Of a stretch of DNA of 64,000 bases, positions 26,500-40,039 are shown in pieces. The translations under genes and the position numbers were made by a program. Position 1 is the first letter of the stretch, and each line of letters begins with the position of its first letter. The notes beneath the pieces were generated by a model. The model saw only the letters and a list, made by a program, of their open reading frames with translations, did no database searches and was not told the origin of the DNA. The stretch comes from Psilocybe cubensis (lineage: Eukaryota). The stretch spans positions 186,001-250,000 of the forward strand of contig CM039000.1 of the NCBI GenBank assembly GCA_017499595.2. The letters run 5' to 3'.

Positions 26500-27896
26500 C
26501 TGATAATGCCGTCAACATATTTTTATATGATGTACTTAAATACATCTTTTGACTTTTCTGAGGAGCTCCAAGTTCCAACATTTTTCCTTGTGTTTGTTTT
26601 CCGTTTTCCTGATAATTTTTTTTCACAACTTTCTCGATGGTCACCGCAACCAACAACATGAGAGTTCTTGAAATGATGATCGAAAGTCTGTCGATTAGGC
26701 TCGCTCACTCGGAGTCACTCCCATCAGTGATTTCAGTCAAATGTAAGATTTCAGTAATGTTGCTTGATGTGACTACATTGTCTTACTGAAAGTAAGGCTC
26801 TCCACCCTCACATATACGTAATAAGTTCAAAGAATGTTTGCTAATATTTGTTCTGCTCTCGCCTTGGTCCCTACATAGGATAGCTCCTGGACCACTTTTA
26901 TTAGATTATTTCTTGGATGGTTACGAATCCTCCTTTAGGAGGATTCATTTTTATATCCTAGCCTTTTTTGAAATTTCAGGTCGATCTTTAAAATTCAGTG
27001 GCCGTAAAAAGCCTGAATTCCTGGCTTTTTGCAGGGAATGAGATGCTTTTTGAGCAGGAAATGGCTCGGAAAAAAGGTAGGAACTTCAAATATCTTACCA
27101 CTTGAGAATCTGTTTGAATTTTCAAAGGTTTCTTGTCACTCCCACATTGAAGGGTCAATTAGTTACCTACAGCAATTAAATTCCTATTCTTCACCGTAGC
27201 ATCAAAGGCCTACTTACTTATCTAGACCCAAATAGTTCACTAGCTGTTCATCACCGTAGCATTTATGGCTTACTTGTTTATGTAGCTACCTACCCCTTAA
27301 ACATCAATGATTTCATTCTTTCCAGTCCAATCTTTGTCTTCAAGCCAGATAAAATTATTACTGCATTATAATGACCTCCTATAAGATATTTTTTATAACT
27401 TACAACGGAATTGATGACAGGACTCGTAACTGGCGTGCGTAGCAACGGCCCACCTTACAAGTATCCCGTCTTATGTTCGTCTTATGTCCGCGTGGAACTT
27501 TGTTCTCTATCATGTGTATCTCAAGACGTGAGGACACTGGAGATGAAAATAATATAGTGTGCGACCTATGTATGGAATTGAAGCTGTACCCTATTTGATG
27601 GATCATCCAGAAGGTTCCTAACGGCTCCCTTCAGCACCCTGATATATTTTCTCTCTATTCCAATCTTCAGTTCGCTTGAACTTCTGGAACCAACCTTCCC
27701 TTGGTTCTCCTGCGATAAAGGAGACTATAGGATCCGAACCTTACGTAACTAAATTTTCACCTTACTGACTAATGGCAAGCCGCTTTCAGCTTGTCTCTCT
27801 ACGGCGTGCTTGTGAACCTGGGACTACTTGAAAGTTACCTACTCGACACCTTTCGATTGCTGGAGGGGATCATATCACACATGTTCTTGCCGGTGA

Positions 27897-29280
<1,384 letters not shown>

Positions 29281-29532
29281 TCTAGTGTTCATCTCTATCT
29301 ATATTTTCTCAGCTGTTTTTCTCCTTGCATTCTCACTCACAGAAATTGTTATAGACGTTCAGTATCTCATCATTAGAAATTTTAGACTGTTCGGAATACC
29401 ATGCCATCATATCCCTTTTCTCAATCGTACTCACGTATGCAAAACTGAATTAAGTATTTGGGGATTAATAATGCATGCAACCTGTAAGAGAGTTCGTAAT
29501 CTTTGGTGAGTCTGACACTACGTTATCAGAGT

Positions 29533-30285
29533 TCAATACCCCGTCTGCCCCCTGAACCCACAATTGTTTGATATCCCCCCTACGACTGTGGAAGTGTTAA
29601 AAGCCACATCCCCAACGCAATCGCCATATTCGTACGCCAAACCTTGTGTCCCGATGGAACCCGAATGCGTGGTGGTTGGATTCCCAAAGATCGTCCTCTG
29701 GTAGGGCAGACGCTGGCAGTGGTTTGGCGGCTCGTAGCCGTTCCATGGGTACCATTCAACGAAGCCGACTTGGCTACCTGTAATGCCCTGCGTACCAGCA
29801 GGGAGAGTGTAACTCCCGATGCGTATGCGCTGCCTTGTTACTGTATCAATCGCAGTGCCCACCCAAACATTGCTCCCCGCGGTCTTGACCTCGAAGTTGT
29901 ACTTCCGCCCATATACTCCATTCCATTCGACACTACAGGATACTCCTGGTCCGCCATCCGCTCCTGGGGTGCAATTTGGATCGTTGGTAGATGTACCAGC
30001 AATGAAGCTCGAGAAGACGCCGTGGAGGACTGACTGGCCTCCGTTGTCTGGCCTTGGTTGGATTCCGGTATAACCGACGTCATTTTGGCCTACGAACCCG
30101 AACTGCTGGGCAAAATAGTAGCCCTCGATGTGGTCCGCTTCGGCAATCGTGAGCGGGAAGGTAATGTCCTTCAGCCCGGTTCCAGGTACATTAGACACGG
30201 TCCATTCTGTGGCAATCAAGGCCAGGGAAGCAGGAATGAGACAGAGCAGCGAAGCAACCGCAGAAATTGGATTGGATAGCTTCAT
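29533..30285 (-). CDS. Intronless secreted beta-rich protein (DUF3472-like / ConA-like candidate)
   Basis: Signal peptide MKLSNPISAVASLLCLIPASLA. Motifs GYYFAQQF, GYTGIQPRPD, VFSSF, CTPGADGGPGVSC and GFVEWYPWN. Single exon, with a TATA box upstream at ~30341. Confidence 0.85.
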   Translation of the reverse strand: MKLSNPISAVASLLCLIPASLALIATEWTVSNVPGTGLKDITFPLTIAEADHIEGYYFAQQFGFVGQNDVGYTGIQPRPDNGGQSVLHGVFSSFIAGTSTNDPNCTPGADGGPGVSCSVEWNGVYGRKYNFEVKTAGSNVWVGTAIDTVTRQRIRIGSYTLPAGTQGITGSQVGFVEWYPWNGYEPPNHCQRLPYQRTIFGNPTTTHSGSIGTQGLAYEYGDCVGDVAFNTSTVVGGISNNCGFRGQTGY

Positions 30286-30684
30286 AATGATATGTGTGAT
30301 GTATTGCTGAAGTACCAATTGGTGAAGAGTATCGTGGACTTTTATAATGATTCTGAACGACGGACCTTTACCTCTCCGGCGCCTCTTTGACGCACGCTAT
30401 TGATTGTTTGCAGCATATATACAGGACTAGATCCAGAATACTCCGAATCGACCATGACAATGTTATATTTAGATCATTAAATTATCACATCGAGAACAGT
30501 CTGGGTGATTGTACGGTCCAATTGGTCGAGTTCAAAATCTCAGGCCATACAATATGATAAAGGTTTAACCTACTGGTGTCTGGCACGGTCGCGATGTGTT
30601 ACTCGACTGCGCTCCTATTCTGAGGCATGGAGCTGCGGTAAAGTGGCCGCAAAAAGATATTGATCTATGCAGAGAAAAGCGAAC

Positions 30685-31440
30685 CTAAACACCCCAGTCT
30701 CCCACATCCATAGCCACTGCTCTGCCTACATTCAATTCCTCGGCCTTTTGGCCCATACGATTCTTTAGTTCTAGAATCAAAAACGATAGAACCACAATAT
30801 CCCTGATTTCCATCGCTTCTGGCTGTAGTGCTAGAAATGCCTTGTGCAACACAACCTCGCCATCTACCACCCGCTTTCTGGATTTCTCAAACCATGCAAT
30901 CGGACGGTCAGGATCAGATGCGAGATACAGCTATCCCAAATGGGGCACACGAGGACGTCAATCTTTCGTGATGACCTGAAGTGGACTATTTCACGTACCG
31001 AAATTTGGTTCACTATTGATGACTTCCACATGTACTTCCTTCCATTTTCTTCGAACGTTGCAGGGCTGGAGGTGGGCTATAAGTATCAAGTCTCGCAATC
31101 TCTATATTACAAGTGAACCTCACAATTTAATTGTAAATATCCCTCCATATTTCAGCCAACTCTTCGTCTTCATAGTCTCCCTGCCCCTGATAGTGATTTT
31201 GTCCGAAACAATTTCCCTCCTCTCTATCTTTGCCAATGGGACTCCGGGATCGTCTAACGGCGTTGTAATTGTTGTCTCTGTTATGGCCAAATTAGACTTG
31301 ACTGTGTACAGAGGCTGTCCTTCGTTTCCTGCTCGGAATATGTTGGTGTTCTTCAGGTTGTCGGGATAAACAATCAAGACTTCGGCGGGTTCGTTGGCAT
31401 CGATGAACTGGGGATTAACAAGGGTGATCTGAGAATTCAT
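30685..31440 (-). CDS. Small agaricomycete protein, DUF6593-like (tubby/LURP-like beta fold)
   Basis: Pattern NTNIF...GQPLYTVKS...TTIT...LAKIERRE..SDKITI....MKTKSWL, then ...AFLALQPEAMEIRDIVVLSFLILELKNR after splicing. Confidence 0.75.
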
Positions 31441-31874
31441 GGTACTATGACCTTGAAAACCAGGTTTGAATGTATTTTTATATACTGGAATTCCAAATTA
31501 CGATGGGGCGGTGTTTAAGTCGCTTGAAGTCGCTTGGGAGATCAGGAGGGTACGTATCCACGTGTTCGGACACAATCAGCCAAGAGTTGGAAGCGTGGAC
31601 TACATAGCCATTCTATATAATATTGAGACCAGGATCAATTCACAAAGTCTTTCAATACACTGGTTTCAGGGCGTGCATGTTCTGGCCTTTGTGTAGGCGG
31701 CAGAATTTTTATTATGGTTTTTAAACAATCCGTTGACGCCGGTAAGTGTTTGAGGAAAACAAGGAAAATAACACCCGAATTTCTTCCGAATGCGGTGAAA
31801 GATTAACGATGAGGCTGTCCATTTGATTATATAGTTAAACGTACAAGTCCATCGTAATAAAACAGTAAACTATT

Positions 31875-33250
31875 ATTTTATGAATCATTGCAAAGGTCCG
31901 TGGTTTAAACATCACACTAATATCGTACTCCAAATCATACATTGATTGTGATAGGTTGGAGGACACCTCCCTTAACGAGGACGGGGCTTCCATCCGTGCC
32001 GTTGATGTTATAAATGTTGGTCACGACAACATTGTATGGGGAGTTGGCGACGAAGAATCCGTGAGGCACCTGGAGGGACACTATTAATCATCATGCTCCT
32101 TCTTATTTTTGTATCATCTTACGGTGGTAGTAAACGAATCTGACAGAGCTCCGGCGGGGATGGCGCGACGGGCGAGAATTATAGCTTGCTGGAATCCATT
32201 GTTGAACTCAGCTGGCACCTCAATGGAGTAATCGAGGAACTCTGGCACGATTCCAAAGCGTGTTACTCCACAGGTGAGGTCGACAGTGATGCTGATAGAC
32301 TAGATATGCAAATTCAGTAACCCCGGCAATATGAAAAATGACTACAGTAAAACTCACATCTCCTGCACTAACAGTCGATGGAGTCACGCTGGGAATGCCG
32401 AACCTCGTGGCTTGTGGGCAGCTCTGGCGAGCAGCGATACTGGTAGCAGAAGCAAGACCAACAAAGGAGAGGACAGCGGCGGAGATGGCAAACTTCATTG
32501 TTGAGTTAAGAAGAGTGTTTTGGGTGTTGGAAGATCGAAAGCTTGATGGTGCTGATGCTTGAGCTGGATGATGATTCTACGACTTGCATACTCCACCTTT
32601 TATATGTCGATGGTGGGCACACCCCACAGCTCTATAATTCTGCGAGCGTAACGGATCGTCGGGTTTGAGTGAAAAGCGGTCATGCGTGTCCGCCTTACTC
32701 AGGTAAATTACATCCACCGAAGGGAGCATACAGCTGTTTGACTAGCGAACATTAGTAGATACTTCTTTGACGGACTGGTCAGACCGAACGCTGTGCTTAC
32801 TGTTGTGAACTCTGTTAGCTTCGGCCACGCAGAAGGTTTTTTGAATGAAGTGAGAAATTTGATGCATGCTATATCATGGCATTTCTTCCAGTTTGTATAC
32901 TCTATACTTCGTTCAAAAGTACAGGTCAATTCGATATGCACTTACCGCCTTTTCGACCTCAACATCGAATGTACAATGGTCCGTTGTTCATTGTCAATTC
33001 AAAAATGCGGCTTGCACTCACCATACATAACTAGGTCTCCTTCAATAAACCAGACACAGCTTACGTTGAAGCGAGCATTGAAACTTTAGAACTTCGGTGA
33101 CCCCGGATTGTTGTATTCGTAGTCGAGAACTTTCCTAACAATTGATCGATGGATCGGTTAAAGATCGTCGGATGACAAAACATGAATGAGTCACGACATC
33201 AACGGATCAAACATCATGCATCAACGCTTGGCAGACTTACATTCCGTTGA
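31875..33250 (-). repeat. Left arm of ~1.37-kb inverted duplication (partner 40685-42030)
   Basis: Reverse-complement identity covering SSP gene A/B and ~750 bp of upstream sequence. The antisense ORFs 32338-32562 and 41356-41580 are identical. Confidence 0.92.
31935..32498 (-). CDS. Small secreted 2-Cys protein, family copy A
   Basis: Signal peptide MKFAISAAVLSFVGLASA, then ARQSCPQATRFG...DLTCG...FLDYSIEVP..NNGF...ILARR...GTDGSPVLVKGG. Two introns at the same positions as in the paralogs. Confidence 0.9.
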
Positions 33251-34003
33251 ACGCCCTAGGGAAGCCTAGGGATCCATCCAGCTGGTCTGGTTCGCAGAAT
33301 TTCAGCCTCACGGCATGGTGGATTAGTAGTTGACTAGCACTCTAGGATTTGAGCCCAACGGTTATTTCTCAACCCGCTTCACAATCTGATCTCTATAAGT
33401 GCCTACAGTTCCCCTGTCTGGAATCGGTGTCACTTTATTATGTTTCTTACGAACCATCACTTGAGCCCAGGAATGTGATTCGACGAAGGCTGCATCGTCC
33501 TTGCTGCGTAACCTCAACGCAGTGCATGTCGCCAGCCGCGACCGCCTCATATCAGACAAACAAGTTTACTCGGATCAAGAGCAGGACAGAAAAACCACCT
33601 GTACTTCAACTTCCAAGCACCAGGTAGAAGTTGCCCGATATGTTTGAATCTAAACGCGTATTATCGTGATGAACAGTAATCGTTGGGAGACTTCCACCGA
33701 CATACAAATCAATGCCAGAACGAAAACGAATGGTCAGTGGCACGCACGATTCGTGAGTGATCCAAAGGGTGCAGCAATGTAAAACCTACCAGTGATCCTT
33801 ACCTTACCACATACTGTTAACAGCTATTGCATTCGCTTAAAAGCGAAATTTGAATGTTCAAATGCGTTTGAGTTTCGCGATAAAGTTTACACAGGCATCC
33901 TTTTCCTTCCTTTCCTTAGTCCCGAACCATCCCAAAGACACCGTTTCGAACGACAGCATTGTCATAAACACTCACCCTGGGCGATCTCCTCAACTCAAAA
34001 TCC

Positions 34004-35939
34004 TCAAATTTCCTCCAACTCGCACTGTTCATCACCCTCACCTTGCCCAACTTTACCGTCCTCACTCAATTCCTTCTCCCGCTCCCTCGCCAATCTACCC
34101 TTTCCCCTCGCAAGATCTACCTCTTTCCACCGCCTTTCTGCCTCACCAAAGAGACCCGAAGTCGTTGGGTCCGCATAGGTTCGCATGAAGAGCGCAACCT
34201 CTTGGTCCCAGAGATTTTGCGTTTGTTGTGCGGCAGAAGTTTCCAAAACACACCGCACGGCCTTCATAAACGCATTCACGACTGCGAGGTTGTGCAAGGC
34301 CAACAGCGCGTGCGCTCCCATCTCGTGTGTATGTAGAAGGTGGTGTACGTAAGCGCGCGTGTGTGGTGGACGGTACGTGGGTGTAGCTTTATTTGTGGGC
34401 GAAGAGTCGGATGCGGATACAGTTGAGGACGAGGAGGAAGTGGTAGTGGAAGATACTATGGGGGATCCCTCTGCCGTATACGAAGGTTCATCTGCACCGT
34501 GAAACAACCGTCCATCTACTCCAACGACCACAGGGGAACATGCAGCGCACGGACACACGGGTATGTCATCATCCTTCTCTCCTACCTCACCTGCCCCGCG
34601 GAACGAACCCGCAAACGCTCCAAAATCAAGTGCATACCACTTTTCATATAAATTATGCCCGATCTCCCTTTTCCAGTACTCACGTTGGCCTGCACGCGTC
34701 CTGACAGGAAACTCGAAATCCAACGCAACGCCAATGTCCGCCGCGCGCTGTGCCCATGACGCGCCGAGCATGTCCGCGCCGAGGTGCGTGATATAGTACA
34801 GCATTTCATGTGGGGAGGTAGGGTTTGTAATAATAAGTGGTTTCGGCGATGGTTGAGAGGAAGAAGAGGAGAAGGACGGGAGGACAGAGAGGGAGGATAA
34901 GACGAGCGGGGCAATAAGTTCGTAATCGGGTGTGGTTTGAATGGGTGGTTCTGAAGCTGGGGGCGCTTTTGCAGGCGCTGCTTCATCCGCCCCAGCACTC
35001 GAACTCGCACCTACCTTGCGAGCTGCGGCCGCAAGTTCAAGCTTCAGCGGCACTAGATCGACAACGTACCCCGACACACCCTCGTCCAGCGTACGTAGCG
35101 GCGCAAGGGCGTCCGCCTCAGGCCCATACAATGGTTCAGAGAGCGATGCTGCGAACGCTTTTCGTGCAGCGGGGGACGTGCCGCCTGCGAGGTGCACAAG
35201 GACGGGTGGAAGCGGCGGTGGCGGGTCTGATGATGTTGACGTGAGCGATACCTGTTTCCCCTTCCCTCTTTTCCCAATTTCCGTTGGTGGCAGCAGTGCA
35301 GGCGCGGTCCTCAGCATCCCCGCCAGCCAGGCTGTGCTTCGCTCGATACTCTTCGTCAAGCGCTTCTGCGAGTATGGCGGGTCCGTATACGGCGTGTCGC
35401 TCAGCGCAAAGACTACATCGGGCCTGCTCCGGGCGGCATACTCGCGCCACGCCTCGGGGGTGAGCTTGCGCACACCGCGTAGGGTCGAGACGTTAATATA
35501 CGTGTGAGAGTTGGGCGGCATATCATGTGCTGCTCCCGGGTCGCGAGCGGTGAGCGCGAGGAGGTGAGAAGAGGGTGTAAACCCGAGGAGGGTGTGCAGC
35601 GGTGTCGCACCGGGTTGGAGGAGCGGTAGCGGGGGGTTCTGTTCGAGGCTGCCACGGTGTGAAGCCAGACTTTTCGGAAACGAGGAGGAGGACTCACAAA
35701 TTCTCGAATGGCACATTTACCCACTTTATGGCTGCACTTTCACGGTGGTGGTCGCGCGAGAGATGGGGCACGACACCGCGCGACGTGCTGGTGATGAGAT
35801 TGGGCGTCTGTATGCGCATTTCCTTCTCCGAGGCGGCGCGGCGCGAGACGAGCGTGCCCGTTCTTGCTCCACATGGAGAAGTCGTGGTGAGAGAAAATGT
35901 GAGTGTAGTAGCTGCTGCGAGGACAGCTGGCTGCGACAT
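34004..35939 (-). CDS. QTRT2: Queuine tRNA-ribosyltransferase accessory subunit 2 (TGT family)
   Basis: ARTGTL...IQTPNLITSTSRGVVPHLSRDH, one intron 35649-35697, RPDVVFALSD, KRLTKSIERSTAWL, Zn-site CPCAAC and HTRAYVHHLLHTHEMGAHALLALHNL. Confidence 0.92.
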
Positions 35940-36178
35940 CGTGCGGAGTGTAGGAGTCGTCGTCGTGAATTATGTTGTGGAAAGAAAACCAAGGTAAGCA
36001 ATTTTGTGATCGATCGTGATCGGCGCTGATCAATTTATTGGGGATAGCAGATAAGATAATTTGGACTAACTTTTCGCCTTATTACTACGCGCATATAATC
36101 AGACGCTGAGAGGGGATGTATATCTGATGGTTCTGAACAATCATATGATATGATTGTTCCGGACACCGATCGCAGAAA

Positions 36179-36440
36179 AGAGCCACTAAAGAAGCCTAAC
36201 AAGAAAAGTTAAAGAAAAAATGGAGTATATGCGCATATACTCACAAATTTAGGTGAGGCAGATCCTACGGTCGTGAGTGGAAACATCTATTGACCTCACC
36301 GTGCGATTCAGAGCCACTAAAGGAGCCTAACAAAAAAAGTTTAGGAAATGATGGAATATATGCGCATATACTCACAAATTTAAGTGAGGCTGATCCGACC
36401 GTCGTGAGTGGAAACGTGTATTGACCTCACCGTGCGATTC
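36179..36440 (+). repeat. Tandem duplication of a ~131-bp unit carrying the palindrome TATATGCGCATATA
   Basis: (A)GAGCCACTAAAG.AGCCTAACAA...TATATGCGCATATACTCACAAATTTA.GTGAGGC.GATCC..C.GTCGTGAGTGGAAAC...TATTGACCTCACCGTGCGATTC occurs twice. Confidence 0.92.
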
Positions 36441-36899
36441 AGCGCCTCGTTTTCAACCTCCTACAAAAAATGGTTTTAGTCTACGTAACTACGCATCTAT
36501 GTATTCACCTCACCATGTAATTCGGAGACATCTGCTCCTCGTCTCCGACCTCCTGCGAAAAGGCTTGTATTCCAGGTATCGATGCATACAGCGAGACCAT
36601 TTAACCCCGTGAAAGCGCAAAAGTGTCTTTGACACACAGAGGCAGAGATGATGGATGTAAGAAGTTGAGAAATGGGTCAAACCCTGTCCTCTACTCATTT
36701 CTTTGTTTGGTGCTGATTGGTCACAAATTCACACAACGGACTTTGAATTACCATTTCGGCACAAGACTCAAACAATCCTGTCACTGTCGACTAAACTAAT
36801 TCGTATCGAAAATATCCTAAAGTTGAATTTTAAGTCTTTAATTCGATCTCAGAGGAAAATTTTGATTATTCAAATTTATGGAGGGAGTGAAGAGATTTT

Positions 36900-38178
36900 G
36901 CCGCCTCGGCCGGTGATATGACACTTAAAAGTCCGTCATCGTCACAAACCCAAATGGCTAGGCTCGTGCCCAGCCATTTCTGACTCAGCCATTTCGAGCT
37001 CCGCTCGGTTTCGTCAGAAACGGCTGGGCGTAACGAAGCACTTCTTGTCGAGTCACACAATGTCACAAAAGACTTAGTCAAAATCCACGGATTTCAGAGG
37101 GACCGAGGTATGTCATTCAATAACATTTTACTCCACAACGCTCAATCCAACTCGAAATCGCCCTCGTCACTGCTAATCAACTCATCTGTGTCTACTTCCT
37201 CATCCTCGGCATCTATCTCATCCATATCAAAAGCAACATCATCTTCTGTCAACCGAGGTAAAGTGGTATAATCACTTTCATCTATGTCTTCCAAGTTGGA
37301 GCTGAATATTGCATTTAGATCCGGGTCTTCGATTGTATCAGGTTCGGTTTTGACATCTTGGTCGGCCGGTGGAGTATCTGAATGAGCTATCTGTTCAAGG
37401 AGCTGCAATTTCTTGAAAGACAGGTTGTATTCGGCAAGCGGGTTTTTTTCTCCTGCGGTAAGGTTGTGCAGTCCTGTGGCTCGCGGGAACGTCAACATCA
37501 CAAGGTCACGCTCTTGTCAACGAGCCACAACAGCCATCTGTTATTTCACAAATAGCAATTCCCAGTCCAGCCACTTCTCTCGTGTACTCGAGTCCCATTT
37601 ACCATTACCCAGCTTTGCTTTCTACACCACAGCATCCTTCTACATCTAGGCTACTATCCCAACTATTACTATCCTCAGTCTCTCATAACACCACAAAGAG
37701 GATACTATGACCCATATCACCACACATCTCAACCACTACCACCACCACCTCCTCCTCCTCCTCCTCCTCCTCCCCCTCCCCCTAGTACATTCCCCCTAGT
37801 ACATAGTCCTTGTCAAAAAAAAAAAAAATGTATTTTATAGCCTATTTATCTGAATAGATTGTGACAAGTACATTCTGAAAATACATACTTGAAAAATACT
37901 TTTTTTTGGCACTGTGGCCACTTTGAGGGAGGCGGGGATGTGTGAGAATCGCGAAATTTCGCGAATTTCGCTAAGTCCCAGTCACAAACTGTCATCTCGA
38001 CAAGATCGTCCAAGTTCTGCCCAGACCTTCTGAGGTGACCTTGATTTTCGCAGTCCGATCCTTGTCCGCGCGATCCGGTTGTGTTCCGGTTGATGTTTGG
38101 TCGTACAAACATTGACCCGAGGTATCGGATCGGGACCAGAAAATCAGGTCACCTCAGAAGGTCTGGCTTGCGAGACTA
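36900..38178. mobile_element. Probable internally deleted transposon remnant
   Basis: A minus-strand ORF fragment with an acidic tail (37142-37501) sits back-to-back with a plus-strand Tyr/Pro-rich C-terminal fragment ending near a poly-A (37815-37828). Subterminal inverted repeat at 38021-38166, and a terminus-like TAGTCTCGCAAGCCAGACC on the minus strand ending at 38178. Confidence 0.5.
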
Positions 38179-39400
38179 CCAAATGGCGCCGAATAACAAA
38201 TGCTACGACACCAGTACATTATTACTACAGTTCTTTGTGAAAATCGGAGTCTATGTCGCATCCTTCAATTGAAGGTAGAAAGGTAATTATAACCATCATC
38301 CATCATGCGAATGACGGCAGCTCAATAGTAGTGCGGCGCTTGAGAATTGGAGGACAGGTGGTTTCGGTTTGTTGTTCTTGATCACAGTATATTTGTTGTC
38401 CCGCATATGGTGGTTATGATTGGTAAAGTGAGATGTGCTGAGGCGGTGTAGCGTAGAAGGGATGAAACACCCTACGTCTTAATTACGGGGTGTTCATGAT
38501 TATCCATGAGATACAGAACGGCCTGAAGGCGCTTGCCAAGCACGGTAGGACCGCACAGTATCCAATTATATTATCGCGTATGGGTCGATGCCTGACCAGG
38601 GAGTTTCAGGCTTCTCAGAAAGGAAAAAATTGACAGGCAGAGATCAGGATGTGAAAGGAATCAAGTATGAACGACTCACTGTTACAGTCAAAGGATATAA
38701 TTCATACTGTGAGGCTAAAACTCTGTGAACCAGGCCGCCTAAAGGTCTGCGTAGTCTAATTTAAAGCTCTCAGATACGCGTGGCCATGTGAACGGGAGCA
38801 TGTGACACAACATGGAATGGTAGAATAATCAATCAAGGTGTTTGTAATTCATACAAAAAGGAGTTGGAAGGCTTACAACTGTTTCTTGATGACAGATTTT
38901 CAGTGTACTACCTACAGGGGATATCTGCAAGAATACCACGCGGCAATGTGCGCACATTGAAGGGTGTAGATCAAGTAGTCATTGGAAGAAAAGCTGCCCT
39001 TGCCTGGGAGGCGTTGATGTAGATAGGTGGGCGGGTTCTCTGATCTCTCATTGGGTGGCATTCTTTGTGAATTGTAAGTGGGGTTTGGAAGGTGTTGTTG
39101 AAAGTTATGGGTTTTATAACTGCTTTTACTATGTTCTACTGTGTTAGTTTGGCTTGAATGGCTCTTCATCATGCGCCATTCACAGTTTTATGTATATGTT
39201 AGAAAAGACAGATATTCTTCCGCTCAAAGGCATTACACGCCACCAAACAGTCAGTTTGTAAAGACGATTGTCTCTGCTTTAATTTCATTGTACCTGTTCA
39301 ATCAACAATGGTGTTTTCATGCAAGGAAGATATCCGTTGAAAGGGCATATCCGCCTTTGAATCATATTATAACGGATAATTTTAAGGCAAAGCTCACGGA

Positions 39401-40039
39401 CACTGCGGGCGCCGACCGCTGTAAGTTAAACATACAGCAGTAAACTTACATGTCTTATGTAAGTTTAGGTGTATGTTCAACTTACAGCATATGTGTCGGG
39501 AAAACAAAAATTTAACAAAGACATATTGTGTTTGGTGGCTGTATGCCGACCAAACACAATTGCTGTAAGTAGACTGTAAATAGAATAAACACCTAAATTA
39601 CACAAATTGTGTTTGTCCGTTGTTAGTAAAACATACACATTTTCTGTAAGTAATACAAACAGCACTTTCTGTAAGTAAAATTTACACACAAAGAAAACAA
39701 TTTGTGTATGTTATACTTACACAAGTTTTTCAATTCATTTAATGGTGTTGTGTGTAAATTTTACTTACAGAAAGTGCTGTTTGTGTCATTTACAGAAAAT
39801 GTGTATGTTTTACTAACACCGGACAAACACAATTTGTGTAATTTAGGTGTTTATTCTATTTACAGTCTACTTACAGCAATTGTGTTTGGTCGGCATACAG
39901 CCACCAAACACAATATGTCTTTGCCGAGTGTTTTTTTTTTCATACACGTGTGCTGTATGTCGAACTTACAGCGAAACTTACATAAGACATGTAAGTTTTC
40001 TGCTGTATGTTTAACTTACAGCGGTCGGCGCCCGCAGTG
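39401..40039. mobile_element. Foldback non-autonomous element with CACTG...CAGTG ends and 3-bp TSD GGA (CACTA/EnSpm-like)
   Basis: CACTGCGGGCGCCGACCGCTGTAAG... / ...CTTACAGCGGTCGGCGCCCGCAGTG. Arms are ~290 bp around a ~57-bp spacer. GGA at 39398-39400 and 40040-40042. Confidence 0.93.

Noticed and set aside
27186-27292. Two ~40-bp imperfect direct repeats (TCACCGTAGCAT...) near the tRNA
   Set aside because: Short, only two copies, no termini or TSD.
38500-39360. Possible minus-strand gene remnant
   Set aside because: Stops in all frames and no recognisable domain.
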